Positions 16,559 through 26,677 are shown, counted from the stretch's first letter. The stretch: 64,000 bases of DNA from Chitinophagales bacterium (GCA_026003335.1 BPHB01000002.1:857363-921362); one strand, 5' to 3'. Translations and numbers: made by a program. The notes: generated by a model from the sequence alone, not told the origin.

Positions 16559-19500
16559 CTACCTTATCAAAGTTAAGTTTCCTTTCTTTTCCAATGTGGC
16601 AGAGCCCTTTCCGGCCTGGATAAAATAGACGTATGTGCCGGTATCCTGTGGTTTTCCGCGATGGGTGCCATCCCACCCCAGATTTGTTGCTCCCTGACTT
16701 ACTTCCTGTATGTTATTGGAATAATATACCTGCTCACCCCATCGGTTGAAAATACGTATTTCGTAAAATTCAATGTTGTCCCCGAACACAGTAAAGAAAT
16801 CATTCACGCCATCACCATTGGGTGTAAATGCCTGTGGAATACGAATAAATAGTTCACAACTTTCAACACTAACTTTCAGGGTATCGTAATGCATACAGCC
16901 TGTAAGTGTATCCCGCCCTTCAACAATAAATACGGTACTGGATGAGCCGCTGAACACCGGGTCGGGAGCCTCCGGATTATCCAGACCGGTGGCTGGGGTC
17001 CAGCGATACACATGTGCTCCGGAAGCCGTGAGCTGCATCCTTTCTCCTGAACATAATAATGAATCTTCAGGTAAAGCGGTAATGGCGGGCAAGGGATTTA
17101 CTCTTATATGCACACTGTCGGTCTGTCCGCATCCATTGTCATCAAACACACGAATAGCATACGTTGCATCCGCATCTGGTTTTACAGTAATTGCTGGCAC
17201 AGTATCGCCCGTACTCCAGAGATAATTCACCCCATACTCTGTGAAATAATGTACTACTCCGTTCCATATCCGGGGTGTTTGCGGGGAACTGAACGGATAC
17301 GTGATGCCTGTGCCTTCATAATAGTTCAAATACCCATCTGATGCATGGATGTTGAGTGTGGATGTGCCATTGGTGTATTTCATTTGCGTGCCATTGGTAG
17401 TAGTGATATAGAAGCCATATGTACTGCCGGCAGGCATAGTAATATTCAGGTTGATAGGAATGCCCGTAGGATTGTTGCCGGCAGCCGTAGCAATACCGGT
17501 TGCCGTGCCAAGTAGTGTCCATGAGGTGGGGTCGGTTTCAGCTCCGATAAAGGAAGCCGGACGGTAATAAATGGCTACATCTGCTATGGCGGATGCATCA
17601 AAAAAAGCACTAAATCCCTTAATCACTAAGGGCACATCGGCTTTGAGGTTGAACATATGTCCATCTTCGCGGTTGAATCCGAAATTATCTGTTATGAATT
17701 CTTTGTTGAATCCGGCACCTCTGGCCTTAAGTTCCACAGATGCACCGTCACAAACGGCTGTATCTGTACCGGCATCTACGGTAAGTACTTCCACTACCTC
17801 AATATTAAAGGTGCTGGAACGTTGCCCGCAGATATTGAGCGCTTCCAGACTGAGCTGTGCTGTTCCTACGGAGTCAAACGTCAGAATAACTTCATTGTTG
17901 GAGGTATCTACGATAGTCCCCCATGACAAACCCCACTGATAATACGTTTCCGGTAGAAATGAAACATCATACAGGAAGGTATCACCCTGACAAACAACTG
18001 ATGGTCCGTTTATCGCAACGTTGGGAATAGTAGTAATAAAAATAGTGGCCAAAGGAGAATAATTGCCGGTACATCCATAATTGGTTTCACGCACCCGGAA
18101 AGTGTAAGGGCCCGGAGGAGCTCCGCTGAAATCTATCAGCAGCGGATTGAAAGGCCACTTCAGAGGGATGCCATTATTCAGGGAAGCGCTCAGCCACTCG
18201 TATTCTGATTCCGGATTATATGGACTTATGTACAAGGCCGCTATCTCGGTGTTGCAATAAACAGTTCGCTCGGGTATTACAGCCAGGTTATCTGCCGGTG
18301 CACCAATAGTAAGACGAATAATTGTTCCGTTGGAATTCCATGGATGGGTAGAGCTGTCTGCGATAATGCGCATATAATACACTCCTGGGAGTATACCCAG
18401 GGCTAGCAAGTCATTCAGTGGCGGTACCGTCAGAATAAAAGACGTAGATGACGTATCATATACAATACCTAAACCTCCCTCGTTGACCACGGTGAAAAAC
18501 ATCATATCCAGCAGTTGCACAATAAAGCGATTGCCCTGCAGGTAGCTTGCAAGAGTATCCCATTCGTGAATATCAATGTCCACGGTATCGGAAGCTCCGG
18601 AAGTACCGGAGATGCAAAAATGCAGATCAACCGTATTGTTTGTGGTTATGTCACAGTGTTTGATACAGAAAGGGCCGTATAATGACCCCACTGCAACTGG
18701 GCTGGTAGATACCACACGTATGTAGTAGTTACAACCCTCAGGTACGCGCGGAATCAATCCCGAAACAGTGCCAGGCATAGCGCCAATAGCCGGATCAAAC
18801 GTTTCGGAACTGGGAAGCGTTCCAAGCACCGAGTAAGCAGGAATGATGTTGTAAATAGTATCATAAATAATCGTTGTGTCCAAAACAACAATCGTATCCG
18901 GAGGGTTAATAATAGTGTCCAGGGTCACCAAAGTATCGGCAGTAATGAGCGTGTCGCGATATTCAAAGTTGCCTGCCGAGTCTGACAATTGCGCCACATA
19001 CACATTATTGTTATTATACACTCTGGTTGAAGTAAAAGGCACATCTATGGCACTGAGCGCACAAACCGTATCCTGATCAATCGTTACAATGGGCGTCATG
19101 GTTGTGATTACATTCGCACAGGAGTTTACCTGAACACAAACACTTGCCTGCCCGGTAATAAAGGGCTGAGGCGATACCCGCACCAGCCGCACTTTGTAGC
19201 AGCTTCCGGGTGCAACATTCCCGCTGATAATGACAGCCACGGCACCACTGGTTTGCTGATTGAGGATGTTAAACACACCCAGATTCGTGCGATTGGCAAA
19301 GCTGCCATTGGCTCCGGATAATTCAATGCGATAAGTTCCGTCACATAAGGGTGCATCCATGCTCCATTGTATAATCAGCGCACTCTGACGGCATATCGGA
19401 TTGGGAGAAACAAAATCAATATGCAGATTAGTACCAAACTGAGCATCATAAGTGCCCACCACGATAATATCATCAATAGCGAAGGAAGCCGATGGAGGAC

Positions 19501-20089
19501 CGCTACCGGCCGCATTGACCCAACGAAATCCAAAGCGCAGATCAGACACATTACTGAATGCGGGGTCACTTATGGTTGTATATTTCCATCTGGATTGATT
19601 GCTATACTGCGCGGCACCGGTCTTAATCCAGGGGCCTCCGTCTATACTATAATACACTTCTCCGTAAGCAGTGGCCGAACCCTCGCAGAGATAAAAAAAT
19701 GCGAGTGTGACATCGGTTAGTCCGAGAGTGCAAAAACCTTTGTCAATATAAGCGAACCGGTCAGAAGCTGAGGCCGGGTTGAAATTGGCATTGGCAACCG
19801 CGGGTGCAGCTGTGGCATCATGAATATGCAGATACGTGCTGTAAGGAGCATTGCCTATTGTACCGGTGACCGTACTATCCTGGCTGATGGTATTCGGATA
19901 AATACCTCCGCCACTGTATTCCGTATTGATAATCCAGCGATTGTCCCCTGCCGGAACACCCACGCCTCCTGTATCAAATGCAAATAGTGCGGATGGCGAC
20001 TCAAAATCTTCTGTAAGCAAGAGTATCTGCTGAGCCTGTGCATGAGCCACACAACCCAGAGAAGCGAGGAAAAACAGCAGCCGTTTCAT
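16559..20089 (-). CDS. Very large secreted protein with T9SS type B C-terminal domain
   Basis: The track ORF starts at a TTG (20185). The ATG at 20089 gives MKRLLFFLASLGCVAHAQAQQ, a good signal peptide. The C-terminus reads AFTPNGDGVNDFFTVF...IRIFNRWGEQVYY...GNLTLIR. Confidence 0.8.
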   Translation of the reverse strand: MKRLLFFLASLGCVAHAQAQQILLLTEDFESPSALFAFDTGGVGVPAGDNRWIINTEYSGGGIYPNTISQDSTVTGTIGNAPYSTYLHIHDATAAPAVANANFNPASASDRFAYIDKGFCTLGLTDVTLAFFYLCEGSATAYGEVYYSIDGGPWIKTGAAQYSNQSRWKYTTISDPAFSNVSDLRFGFRWVNAAGSGPPSASFAIDDIIVVGTYDAQFGTNLHIDFVSPNPICRQSALIIQWSMDAPLCDGTYRIELSGANGSFANRTNLGVFNILNQQTSGAVAVIISGNVAPGSCYKVRLVRVSPQPFITGQASVCVQVNSCANVITTMTPIVTIDQDTVCALSAIDVPFTSTRVYNNNNVYVAQLSDSAGNFEYRDTLITADTLVTLDTIINPPDTIVVLDTTIIYDTIYNIIPAYSVLGTLPSSETFDPAIGAMPGTVSGLIPRVPEGCNYYIRVVSTSPVAVGSLYGPFCIKHCDITTNNTVDLHFCISGTSGASDTVDIDIHEWDTLASYLQGNRFIVQLLDMMFFTVVNEGGLGIVYDTSSTSFILTVPPLNDLLALGILPGVYYMRIIADSSTHPWNSNGTIIRLTIGAPADNLAVIPERTVYCNTEIAALYISPYNPESEYEWLSASLNNGIPLKWPFNPLLIDFSGAPPGPYTFRVRETNYGCTGNYSPLATIFITTIPNVAINGPSVVCQGDTFLYDVSFLPETYYQWGLSWGTIVDTSNNEVILTFDSVGTAQLSLEALNICGQRSSTFNIEVVEVLTVDAGTDTAVCDGASVELKARGAGFNKEFITDNFGFNREDGHMFNLKADVPLVIKGFSAFFDASAIADVAIYYRPASFIGAETDPTSWTLLGTATGIATAAGNNPTGIPINLNITMPAGSTYGFYITTTNGTQMKYTNGTSTLNIHASDGYLNYYEGTGITYPFSSPQTPRIWNGVVHYFTEYGVNYLWSTGDTVPAITVKPDADATYAIRVFDDNGCGQTDSVHIRVNPLPAITALPEDSLLCSGERMQLTASGAHVYRWTPATGLDNPEAPDPVFSGSSSTVFIVEGRDTLTGCMHYDTLKVSVESCELFIRIPQAFTPNGDGVNDFFTVFGDNIEFYEIRIFNRWGEQVYYSNNIQEVSQGATNLGWDGTHRGKPQDTGTYVYFIQAGKGSATLEKKGNLTLIR

Positions 20090-20211
20090 CCTTTTCACGA
20101 TTAAGGCTAAAGGTAATAAATGTGGAGGAATTATATGACTCAGAGAGGGCTGCTCGTATATGATCTGCAGCTTATGACAAAGCAATCGCCGGATCAGGGC
20201 CTCTGTTCGTT

Positions 20212-20454
20212 TTAATCTATTTGAATCTGACGTATTTTTTCCCGGATACTTACTATCAGGTCAGGGTTGACTTCCTTGCGCTGAATTTTTTGGCACAAAA
20301 ACTCCTTAAAAGCTTTTTCAATATTAAAGTGGTTCAGGCAACAAGAACATCGTTGCAGTTCCAGGTAAAACTCTTTTTCTTCAGCTTCGGTGAGTTCGCC
20401 ATCCAGCGCCAGAAAAACCTTTGAAAGAACCTGCACACAATCATGTTGGGCCAT
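20212..20454 (-). CDS. Small soluble Cys/His-rich putative anti-sigma factor (zf-HC2-like)
   Basis: 80 aa, starting 6 nt after the ECF sigma gene. It contains HDC...RCSCCLNHF and has no hydrophobic segment. Confidence 0.55.
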   Translation of the reverse strand: MAQHDCVQVLSKVFLALDGELTEAEEKEFYLELQRCSCCLNHFNIEKAFKEFLCQKIQRKEVNPDLIVSIREKIRQIQID

Positions 20455-20460
20455 AATCAG

Positions 20461-21045
20461 TTATTTATCCGTTGTTTTGTAGCCCATGGATTGGGCATAA
20501 TTTTTTAATGTTTCCTTCAGCATTTCTCTCGCCCGATGAAGTCTTGAACGAACCGTTCCGATTGGGATATCCACAATTTTGGCTATTTCTTCGTAGGTAA
20601 ATCCTTCTATGTCGCACAATAAAATTACCGTTCTGAAATCAACCGGCAAAGCATTAATAGCGCGGGTAACCTCATCCCCTATCATGCCCTGAAACACTTC
20701 CTGTCTTAAATCCAATGAGCCGGCCAGCTTCGCATCATCCAAATCCTGATAAGCGGCTACTTCTTCATAGTCAACCTTGGCAGGCTCTCTGGATTTTCTC
20801 CGGTATTCATTGATAAAAGCATTTTTCAGGATTTTAAACAACCACGCTTTGGCGTTTGTTCCTTCCTCATAGGAATTGAGAAAACGGTAGGCCTTAAGAA
20901 AAGTCTCCTGCACCAGATCCCTTGCGTCTTCTTCATTGTAGGTTAAATGAAAAGCAAAATTGTACAGAGCATTAATATGCGGAAGCATTTCACGCTCAAA
21001 TAATTCATCTTTCTTCTTTTTAGTTATGTCAATAGAATCAGACAT
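20461..21045 (-). CDS. RNA polymerase ECF-type sigma-70 factor
   Basis: 194 aa. Region 2 is DLVQETFLKAYRFLNSYEEGTNAKAWLFKILKNAFINEYRR. Region 4 is FTYEEIAKIVDIPIGTVRSRLHRAREMLK. Confidence 0.9.
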   Translation of the reverse strand: MSDSIDITKKKKDELFEREMLPHINALYNFAFHLTYNEEDARDLVQETFLKAYRFLNSYEEGTNAKAWLFKILKNAFINEYRRKSREPAKVDYEEVAAYQDLDDAKLAGSLDLRQEVFQGMIGDEVTRAINALPVDFRTVILLCDIEGFTYEEIAKIVDIPIGTVRSRLHRAREMLKETLKNYAQSMGYKTTDK

Positions 21046-21129
21046 GAGGGCAAATTTATCATTTTAATAACCACTTGCTATGTCCCTGGCTGTGTTATAG
21101 TATTAACTTTACATTTCTCTGATTATTTC

Positions 21130-21873
21130 ATGGGCAGGCTTAGCGCGGTTATTATTGCGTACAATGAAGAGCATGCCATTGTGCGCTGCCTGAAATCTCT
21201 GCAACCGGTTGTAGATGAAATTATTGTTGTGGACTCAGGAAGTAGTGACTGCACTGCTGACATAAGCCGCTCGCTGGGAGCAAAGGTCATCACCTGTACG
21301 TGGCATGGCTATGCCCAAAACAAAAATCTGGGCAATGCACACGCTTCTTCTGACTTCATACTTTGGCTGGATGCCGATGAAATGCTTTCTGATGAACTGG
21401 CTGACAGTATCGCTGCGGTAAAGAATCACTTATCGGGAGCCTATTCCGTTAACCGCATGAATAATTATTGCGGCAAGTGGATACGACACGGGGGTTTTTA
21501 TCCGGATAAAAAAATCCGCATATTCAACAGAAAGCAGGCTTTTTGGTCAGGCGGCAGTGTGCATGAAACTCTGCAGTTCACTGAGCCGGTTCGAGTAACA
21601 CAGCTAAAGGGCGACATTCTGCATTTCTCCTACACTACCGTGCAAGAGCATTGGAAGCGGATGCAGCTCTATTCCTCGCTTGCAGCCCGCGATATAGCCG
21701 GACGAAGTGTGGGTTTCAAAATAGGTAAAATGCTTTTTAGCCCGGTATTTCGCTTTACAAGAAGCTTCTTCTTTCAAGCCGGCTTTTTGGATGGCTCACA
21801 TGGATTCCTGCTTGCTGCCATTACATCCATAGAAGTATTTGAAAAATATCGTAAATCCCTGCTGCATTTTTAA
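21130..21873 (+). CDS. Glycosyltransferase family 2 protein
   Basis: LSAVIIAYNEEHAIVRCLKSL...IIVVDSGSSDCT...WLDADE, the typical GT2 DxD architecture. Confidence 0.85.
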   Translation: MGRLSAVIIAYNEEHAIVRCLKSLQPVVDEIIVVDSGSSDCTADISRSLGAKVITCTWHGYAQNKNLGNAHASSDFILWLDADEMLSDELADSIAAVKNHLSGAYSVNRMNNYCGKWIRHGGFYPDKKIRIFNRKQAFWSGGSVHETLQFTEPVRVTQLKGDILHFSYTTVQEHWKRMQLYSSLAARDIAGRSVGFKIGKMLFSPVFRFTRSFFFQAGFLDGSHGFLLAAITSIEVFEKYRKSLLHF

Positions 21874-21894
21874 TAAATGCAATACACGGCAGTT

Positions 21895-23862
21895 TTAGTT
21901 GCCCAGATAACGGATACCTCTAAGCAGTATTTCCAAATCATTGTAAATGGAATATTCCCGGGCATAAAAAAAATTCAATGAGTGAAGTACTTTTTCTTTT
22001 ACCTCCAAATCTTCTGTCAGCACAGCAGGAGATAGTACGCCCGGCTTTTGAGGAGGAAGAATATAGTTGGGTTCTGTTGGAGAAACAGAAGCATATCCCA
22101 CCCAGCTTTTTGTCCCCTTAAGAACCTGTAGCCAGTTGCGCATAAATCCTCTGCGATCGTTTACTACAAACAGCATTAAGGGGAAAACTGCTGCGCATGC
22201 AAAACAAAATATTAAATCCAGCAGGCGTTTGTTTCTACGGCTAGCCGAAGAAGTAATGGCCAGATTCATGTCAATAGCATACAGATCGCCAGCAGTATCT
22301 TTTGAATTGCTACCAATGATACTGGCGCTTCCCTCCGGTATGATTTTGTAACTGAGTTCGCTCCCGTTTTCAGTCATGTACCGGATAATACGGTTTACCG
22401 ATACATCCCGGCTACAGAAAATCACTTCATCGGCTTTATAAATTCTTCGTATCACAGGCAATTCGTCCAGTGTGCCCAGATAATGCAGCGACTCGTTATT
22501 CACTTCCGGTTGCGGGGTGACATAGCCCAGATAGCTGTAGTGGGTATTTATCTGGGGGAGGAGGGTTAAGGCACGCTCCGCTTCTTCTTTACTGCCTGCT
22601 ATAATCAAGCGGTTTGATTTGGGGCTTTGTATCCCCAGCCATCCGCCCATGATTTTTGTAAACACCAGGCGCAAAGAAACCAGTGCTATTACAGCCCATA
22701 TTGCACCCAGGATAATCATTGCACGGGAAAAGCGCAGGGTTTCCGGCAGAAAGGCATACAGCACAGTAATAGCCAGTGTGCCCAAAGCAACGCCCCGGAT
22801 CACCCGGAAGTTTTTTACCGGCTTATCATACCCTCCGCTCAGATATACAAACACCAGCCACAAGAAAATATAGGCGGGTATTACAAACAGCGTATATTCG
22901 GGCGGATAATATTCCGGAGCATTTTTAATACTGGAAGCCCAGAATATTTTTATAGCATACAATCCGCCATACAGTAAGGCCGCATCCGCAACCGGCAGCA
23001 GCAATTTTTGCAGCAGGCGTTTCAGAGAAGAAGCAGTTGCAGTGAGGTATACCGCAATATGCACCAACAGGGAATAGCCTGCCACCATCTGAGAGGCAAA
23101 GTGTTTCCTTTCAAAAATGAGCATTGCTTCATAGAACGTGCGCACATAACGCAGGCTGTTTTTTTTCGTGCTTTCCCCTTTGTAATGGACGATGGTTGTC
23201 AGCGGAAAATAATAGTTCTTATAGCCTGCTTTCAGAATACGATATGAAAGATCTATGTCTTCTCCATACATAAAAAAAGTTTCATCCAGCAGTCCTATTT
23301 CATCCAGCACTTTCTTGCGGATAAGCATGAACGCCCCGGAAAGCACTTCTACGGGGTGAATGGCATTTTCATCCAGGTAACCGAGATGATATCTGGAAAA
23401 CGTTTTGGAACGGGGAAACAAAGTGCTCAGGCCCGTCATCTTAAAAAAAGCCACCTTCGGTGTAGGAAGAGCGCGCTTGGATTCGGGGAGAAAACAACCG
23501 CGTCCATCCACCATCTTAACGCCCAAAGCGCCCGCTTCAGGATGGGCATCCATAAACTGGAGTGTTTTCTCCAGCGTGTCTTCCTGCAAGAGGGTATCCG
23601 GATTCAAAAGCAACACATACTTGCCCCGGGCAATTGTGATGGCCTGATTATTGGCTGCCGAAAAGCCTCTGTTCACCGTATTTTCAATGACTTTCACTTC
23701 CGGGAAGCGCCTTTTGACCATTTCGGGCGATCCATCCGCAGAAGCATTATCCACCACAATAACCTCTACCTCTGCATCCCTGGCAGCCCGTCTCACTGAA
23801 AGCAGACATTGCTCCAGGAAATATCGTACATTGTAACTTACAATAATTACCGACAGCTTCAT
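21895..23862 (-). CDS. Fusion protein: N-terminal GT2 glycosyltransferase, polytopic membrane region, and a C-terminal WbaP-like module lacking the catalytic core
   Basis: The N-terminus is KLSVIIVSYNVRYFLEQCL...VVDNASADGS...LLNPDT. A run of hydrophobic helices spans roughly aa 255-400. Then comes a CoA-binding-like NRLIIAGSKEEAERAL...DEVIFC, followed by KRLLDLIFCFACAAVFPLMLFVV and then directly WLQVLKGTKSWVGY. Compare the in-window sugar transferase at 30076-31503. Confidence 0.7.
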   Translation of the reverse strand: MKLSVIIVSYNVRYFLEQCLLSVRRAARDAEVEVIVVDNASADGSPEMVKRRFPEVKVIENTVNRGFSAANNQAITIARGKYVLLLNPDTLLQEDTLEKTLQFMDAHPEAGALGVKMVDGRGCFLPESKRALPTPKVAFFKMTGLSTLFPRSKTFSRYHLGYLDENAIHPVEVLSGAFMLIRKKVLDEIGLLDETFFMYGEDIDLSYRILKAGYKNYYFPLTTIVHYKGESTKKNSLRYVRTFYEAMLIFERKHFASQMVAGYSLLVHIAVYLTATASSLKRLLQKLLLPVADAALLYGGLYAIKIFWASSIKNAPEYYPPEYTLFVIPAYIFLWLVFVYLSGGYDKPVKNFRVIRGVALGTLAITVLYAFLPETLRFSRAMIILGAIWAVIALVSLRLVFTKIMGGWLGIQSPKSNRLIIAGSKEEAERALTLLPQINTHYSYLGYVTPQPEVNNESLHYLGTLDELPVIRRIYKADEVIFCSRDVSVNRIIRYMTENGSELSYKIIPEGSASIIGSNSKDTAGDLYAIDMNLAITSSASRRNKRLLDLIFCFACAAVFPLMLFVVNDRRGFMRNWLQVLKGTKSWVGYASVSPTEPNYILPPQKPGVLSPAVLTEDLEVKEKVLHSLNFFYAREYSIYNDLEILLRGIRYLGN

Positions 23863-23919
23863 GATTTATGCTGCCAAAGGTAAGCAGCAGGAGGGTTTAA
23901 ATCTCTCGGAAGAGAGACG

Positions 23920-24543
23920 CTATTCTTCCCTGACAAGAAAACTTTCATAGGGCTGCCGGTTCATCAGAGCGCGTGCAAGAGTAAGCTCATCGGTATATTC
24001 CAGCTCCCCACCCACAGATATACCCCGGGATATTGCCGTAATCCGGACCTGATATGGAGCCAGCTTCCGGGACAAATAAAATATTGTAGTATCCCCCTCA
24101 AGGGTAGGGCTGATAGCCATAATCACTTCCCGCACTGTATGGCTCTCCACGCGTTTTATCAATGAGGCCACCTGCAAATCCTCCGGACCCACGCCATCCA
24201 TTGGAGAAATAACGCCCCCCAGCACATGATACACCCCATTATAATGATTGGTATTTTCCAGTGCCATCACGTCACGCAGATTTTCCACCACACAGATCAG
24301 CCCATGGTCCCGCGAGGGGTTTGCACAAATATTGCAAATCTCCGCATCGGCTACATTATGGCATTGTTTGCAGTACCGTATTTCTTCGCGCATGCGCTGA
24401 ATTGTCCGTGCAAAGTGACTGACCTGCTCCGGGGGCTGGCGAAGCAAATGCAACACCAGGCGCAGGGCAGTTTTTTTTCCAATGCCCGGCAGACGGGAAA
24501 ACTCATTGATGGCTTCTTCTATCAGTTTGGATGAAAAATGCAT
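23920..24543 (-). CDS. recR: Recombination protein RecR
   Basis: 207 aa with LPGIGKKTALRLVLHLL (HhH), a C4 zinc finger CKQCHNVADAEICNIC, and a Toprim region. Confidence 0.93.
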   Translation of the reverse strand: MHFSSKLIEEAINEFSRLPGIGKKTALRLVLHLLRQPPEQVSHFARTIQRMREEIRYCKQCHNVADAEICNICANPSRDHGLICVVENLRDVMALENTNHYNGVYHVLGGVISPMDGVGPEDLQVASLIKRVESHTVREVIMAISPTLEGDTTIFYLSRKLAPYQVRITAISRGISVGGELEYTDELTLARALMNRQPYESFLVREE

Positions 24544-24611
24544 AAAGCTAAATGCCTGCTAAGCGAATTTAATGCTTTCAGGACCTTTTGAGGAGATCTC
24601 CCCCGTTAACA

Positions 24612-26582
24612 CTAAGGCTGTACTGAGCTTTTTACTTTCAATCCATCAGGTTGCTGGGTTACCACAAATTCGGTGCGCCTGTTCATCTGATGTTCTTCCT
24701 CGCTGCAGGGCACTCCGTTCACGCAATGATTCACCGGCAACGATTCACCGTATCCGCGTGCAGTGATGCGGTGCGGCTCTACACCGCGTGATATCACGTA
24801 TTGCACCGCAGATTCAGCTCGTTTCTGAGAAAGCCACTTATTGTAATTATCTGAGCCCCGGCTGTCAGTATGTGAGCGCAGCTCTACTTCCAGCCCCGGA
24901 TAACGCTTCATAAACGCTACAAACTTATCCAGTTCTTCTGCTGCATCCGGACGGATGTCATACTTATCATAGTCATAGTAGATATTCTCCAGTTTAATCA
25001 CCTCTCCTACCTCCAGCCTTTGCATTTCCAGCACAACACGGATGGTATCTTCGGTTGCCTGTATGGTAGACACTTCCACTGTATTCACAAGAAACCATCC
25101 GTATTTCTCTGCGATTACACTATACTCTTTGCCTGGCAGCAGGGTAAAGGTAAACGCCCCATTTTTATCCGAAGGCATTACATCTGTGCTGCCTGCGGGC
25201 TTTTCCTGCAGTTTAACCATAGCATCTCCAATAGGGTCACGGGTTTTTTTATCCACCACCTTGCCTAAAAGGATGACCTGTTGTTTGCGGGTGAATAAAT
25301 AAATATCATCACTGCCTGCCCCCCCTTGCCTGTTGGAAGAAAAAAGTCCGCTTTCCAGGTTATCATTGTATATCAGGCCAAAATCATCCATACGGCTGTT
25401 GATGGGATATCCAAGATGCTTCACATTGCCCCAAACACCATCTTTTTGTGTGGCCGAATAGATATCCAGCCCTCCCAGGCCTTCGTAGGAGTCTGAAGCG
25501 AAATATAGAGTTCCATTTTTATGTATAAAGGGGAAAACTTCGTCTCCTCGGGTATTCACGCCGGATCCGAGATTGATGGGCTTTGAGAAGCCGCTGTCTG
25601 TAATTTCCACCACATAGAGGTCCTGTCCTCCCTGAGCATTTTCATGGGGCATGTCTGAAGCGAAAAAAAGATACCTGCCGTCAGCCGAAAGCGTAGGATG
25701 GCCTACAGAGTATTCATCACTGTTAAACGGCAGGTCCAGTATTTCCTTCCATTTGCCATCCACCAACTGAGCTTTAAACACTTTCAGTTTCATGATGCCT
25801 TCCTGACTTTTCCGTTTTCGCTTCAGATAATTATTCCGCGTAAAATACATCACCGTCCAGGAGCTGTCAAAGGTCACCGGTCCCTCATGATACTGTTTGT
25901 TCACATTTCCGGGCAATGGTGCAGGAGAGAGAAAACCTGTGTCTGTTTTCACGGATATATACAGGTCAAGAAAGGGTGCATTGGACCACACATCTGTTTT
26001 TCCGGTGCCCCGTGCTGACGGAAAAACTATGGCGCTATCACCATAATAATAAGATGGACTAAATTCTGAAACCGGTGTATTAAAAGAATACGGTTTCAAT
26101 CGCACAAGCATGGAGTCTTTCATCCAGTCTGGAATGAGGTCAATCCCATCGGCAAGCCTTTTTCCACGCGGATCATCCGGAGCCAGGCGGGCATACTCCT
26201 CATAAAATTTTTTTGCCTCCTCGTATCTGCCTGCCGTACGCAGCATCTGAGCATAATAAAATTTTTGCAGAGGAGTGCACTCCGGATGCTGTACCAGCTG
26301 TTCATAATATTGCAAGGCATTTTCGTAATCACCAATAATGCGATAGGTGTTTGCCAACTGACCTAAAGCCTGATAGCGGTAGCTGGCCGCTTTCTTCTTT
26401 TTGCTCTTTTTATCAAGCGCTTTTTTGTAGGACTCAATGGCTTTATTAAAACTGAAAACCGACAGGGCTTTGTCGCCTTTCCGGATTTGTCGGACTTGCG
26501 CTGAGGCAGGCATACAGGTATACGCAATCACCAGGCAAAGGGTAAAGACGTGTAATAAAGGCCTGAATAGCTTTATGCTCAT
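24612..26582 (-). CDS. OmpA-family outer-membrane/peptidoglycan-associated protein with TPR, beta-propeller-like and carboxypeptidase-regulatory-like regions
   Basis: The ATG at 26582 gives MSIKLFRPLLHVFTLCLVIAYTCMPASAQ. The C-terminus reads VELRSHTDSRGSDNYNKWLSQKRAESAVQYVISRGV...RRTEF (OmpA-like). Confidence 0.85.
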   Translation of the reverse strand: MSIKLFRPLLHVFTLCLVIAYTCMPASAQVRQIRKGDKALSVFSFNKAIESYKKALDKKSKKKKAASYRYQALGQLANTYRIIGDYENALQYYEQLVQHPECTPLQKFYYAQMLRTAGRYEEAKKFYEEYARLAPDDPRGKRLADGIDLIPDWMKDSMLVRLKPYSFNTPVSEFSPSYYYGDSAIVFPSARGTGKTDVWSNAPFLDLYISVKTDTGFLSPAPLPGNVNKQYHEGPVTFDSSWTVMYFTRNNYLKRKRKSQEGIMKLKVFKAQLVDGKWKEILDLPFNSDEYSVGHPTLSADGRYLFFASDMPHENAQGGQDLYVVEITDSGFSKPINLGSGVNTRGDEVFPFIHKNGTLYFASDSYEGLGGLDIYSATQKDGVWGNVKHLGYPINSRMDDFGLIYNDNLESGLFSSNRQGGAGSDDIYLFTRKQQVILLGKVVDKKTRDPIGDAMVKLQEKPAGSTDVMPSDKNGAFTFTLLPGKEYSVIAEKYGWFLVNTVEVSTIQATEDTIRVVLEMQRLEVGEVIKLENIYYDYDKYDIRPDAAEELDKFVAFMKRYPGLEVELRSHTDSRGSDNYNKWLSQKRAESAVQYVISRGVEPHRITARGYGESLPVNHCVNGVPCSEEEHQMNRRTEFVVTQQPDGLKVKSSVQP

Positions 26583-26677
26583 ATATTTTTTATCGCATGA
26601 TAGGAAATAAACCCTTCTGTAGGAATCCGAATTTACTGACATCCCGGGGTTAATATCTATTTTGAGGTTATTTTTTA

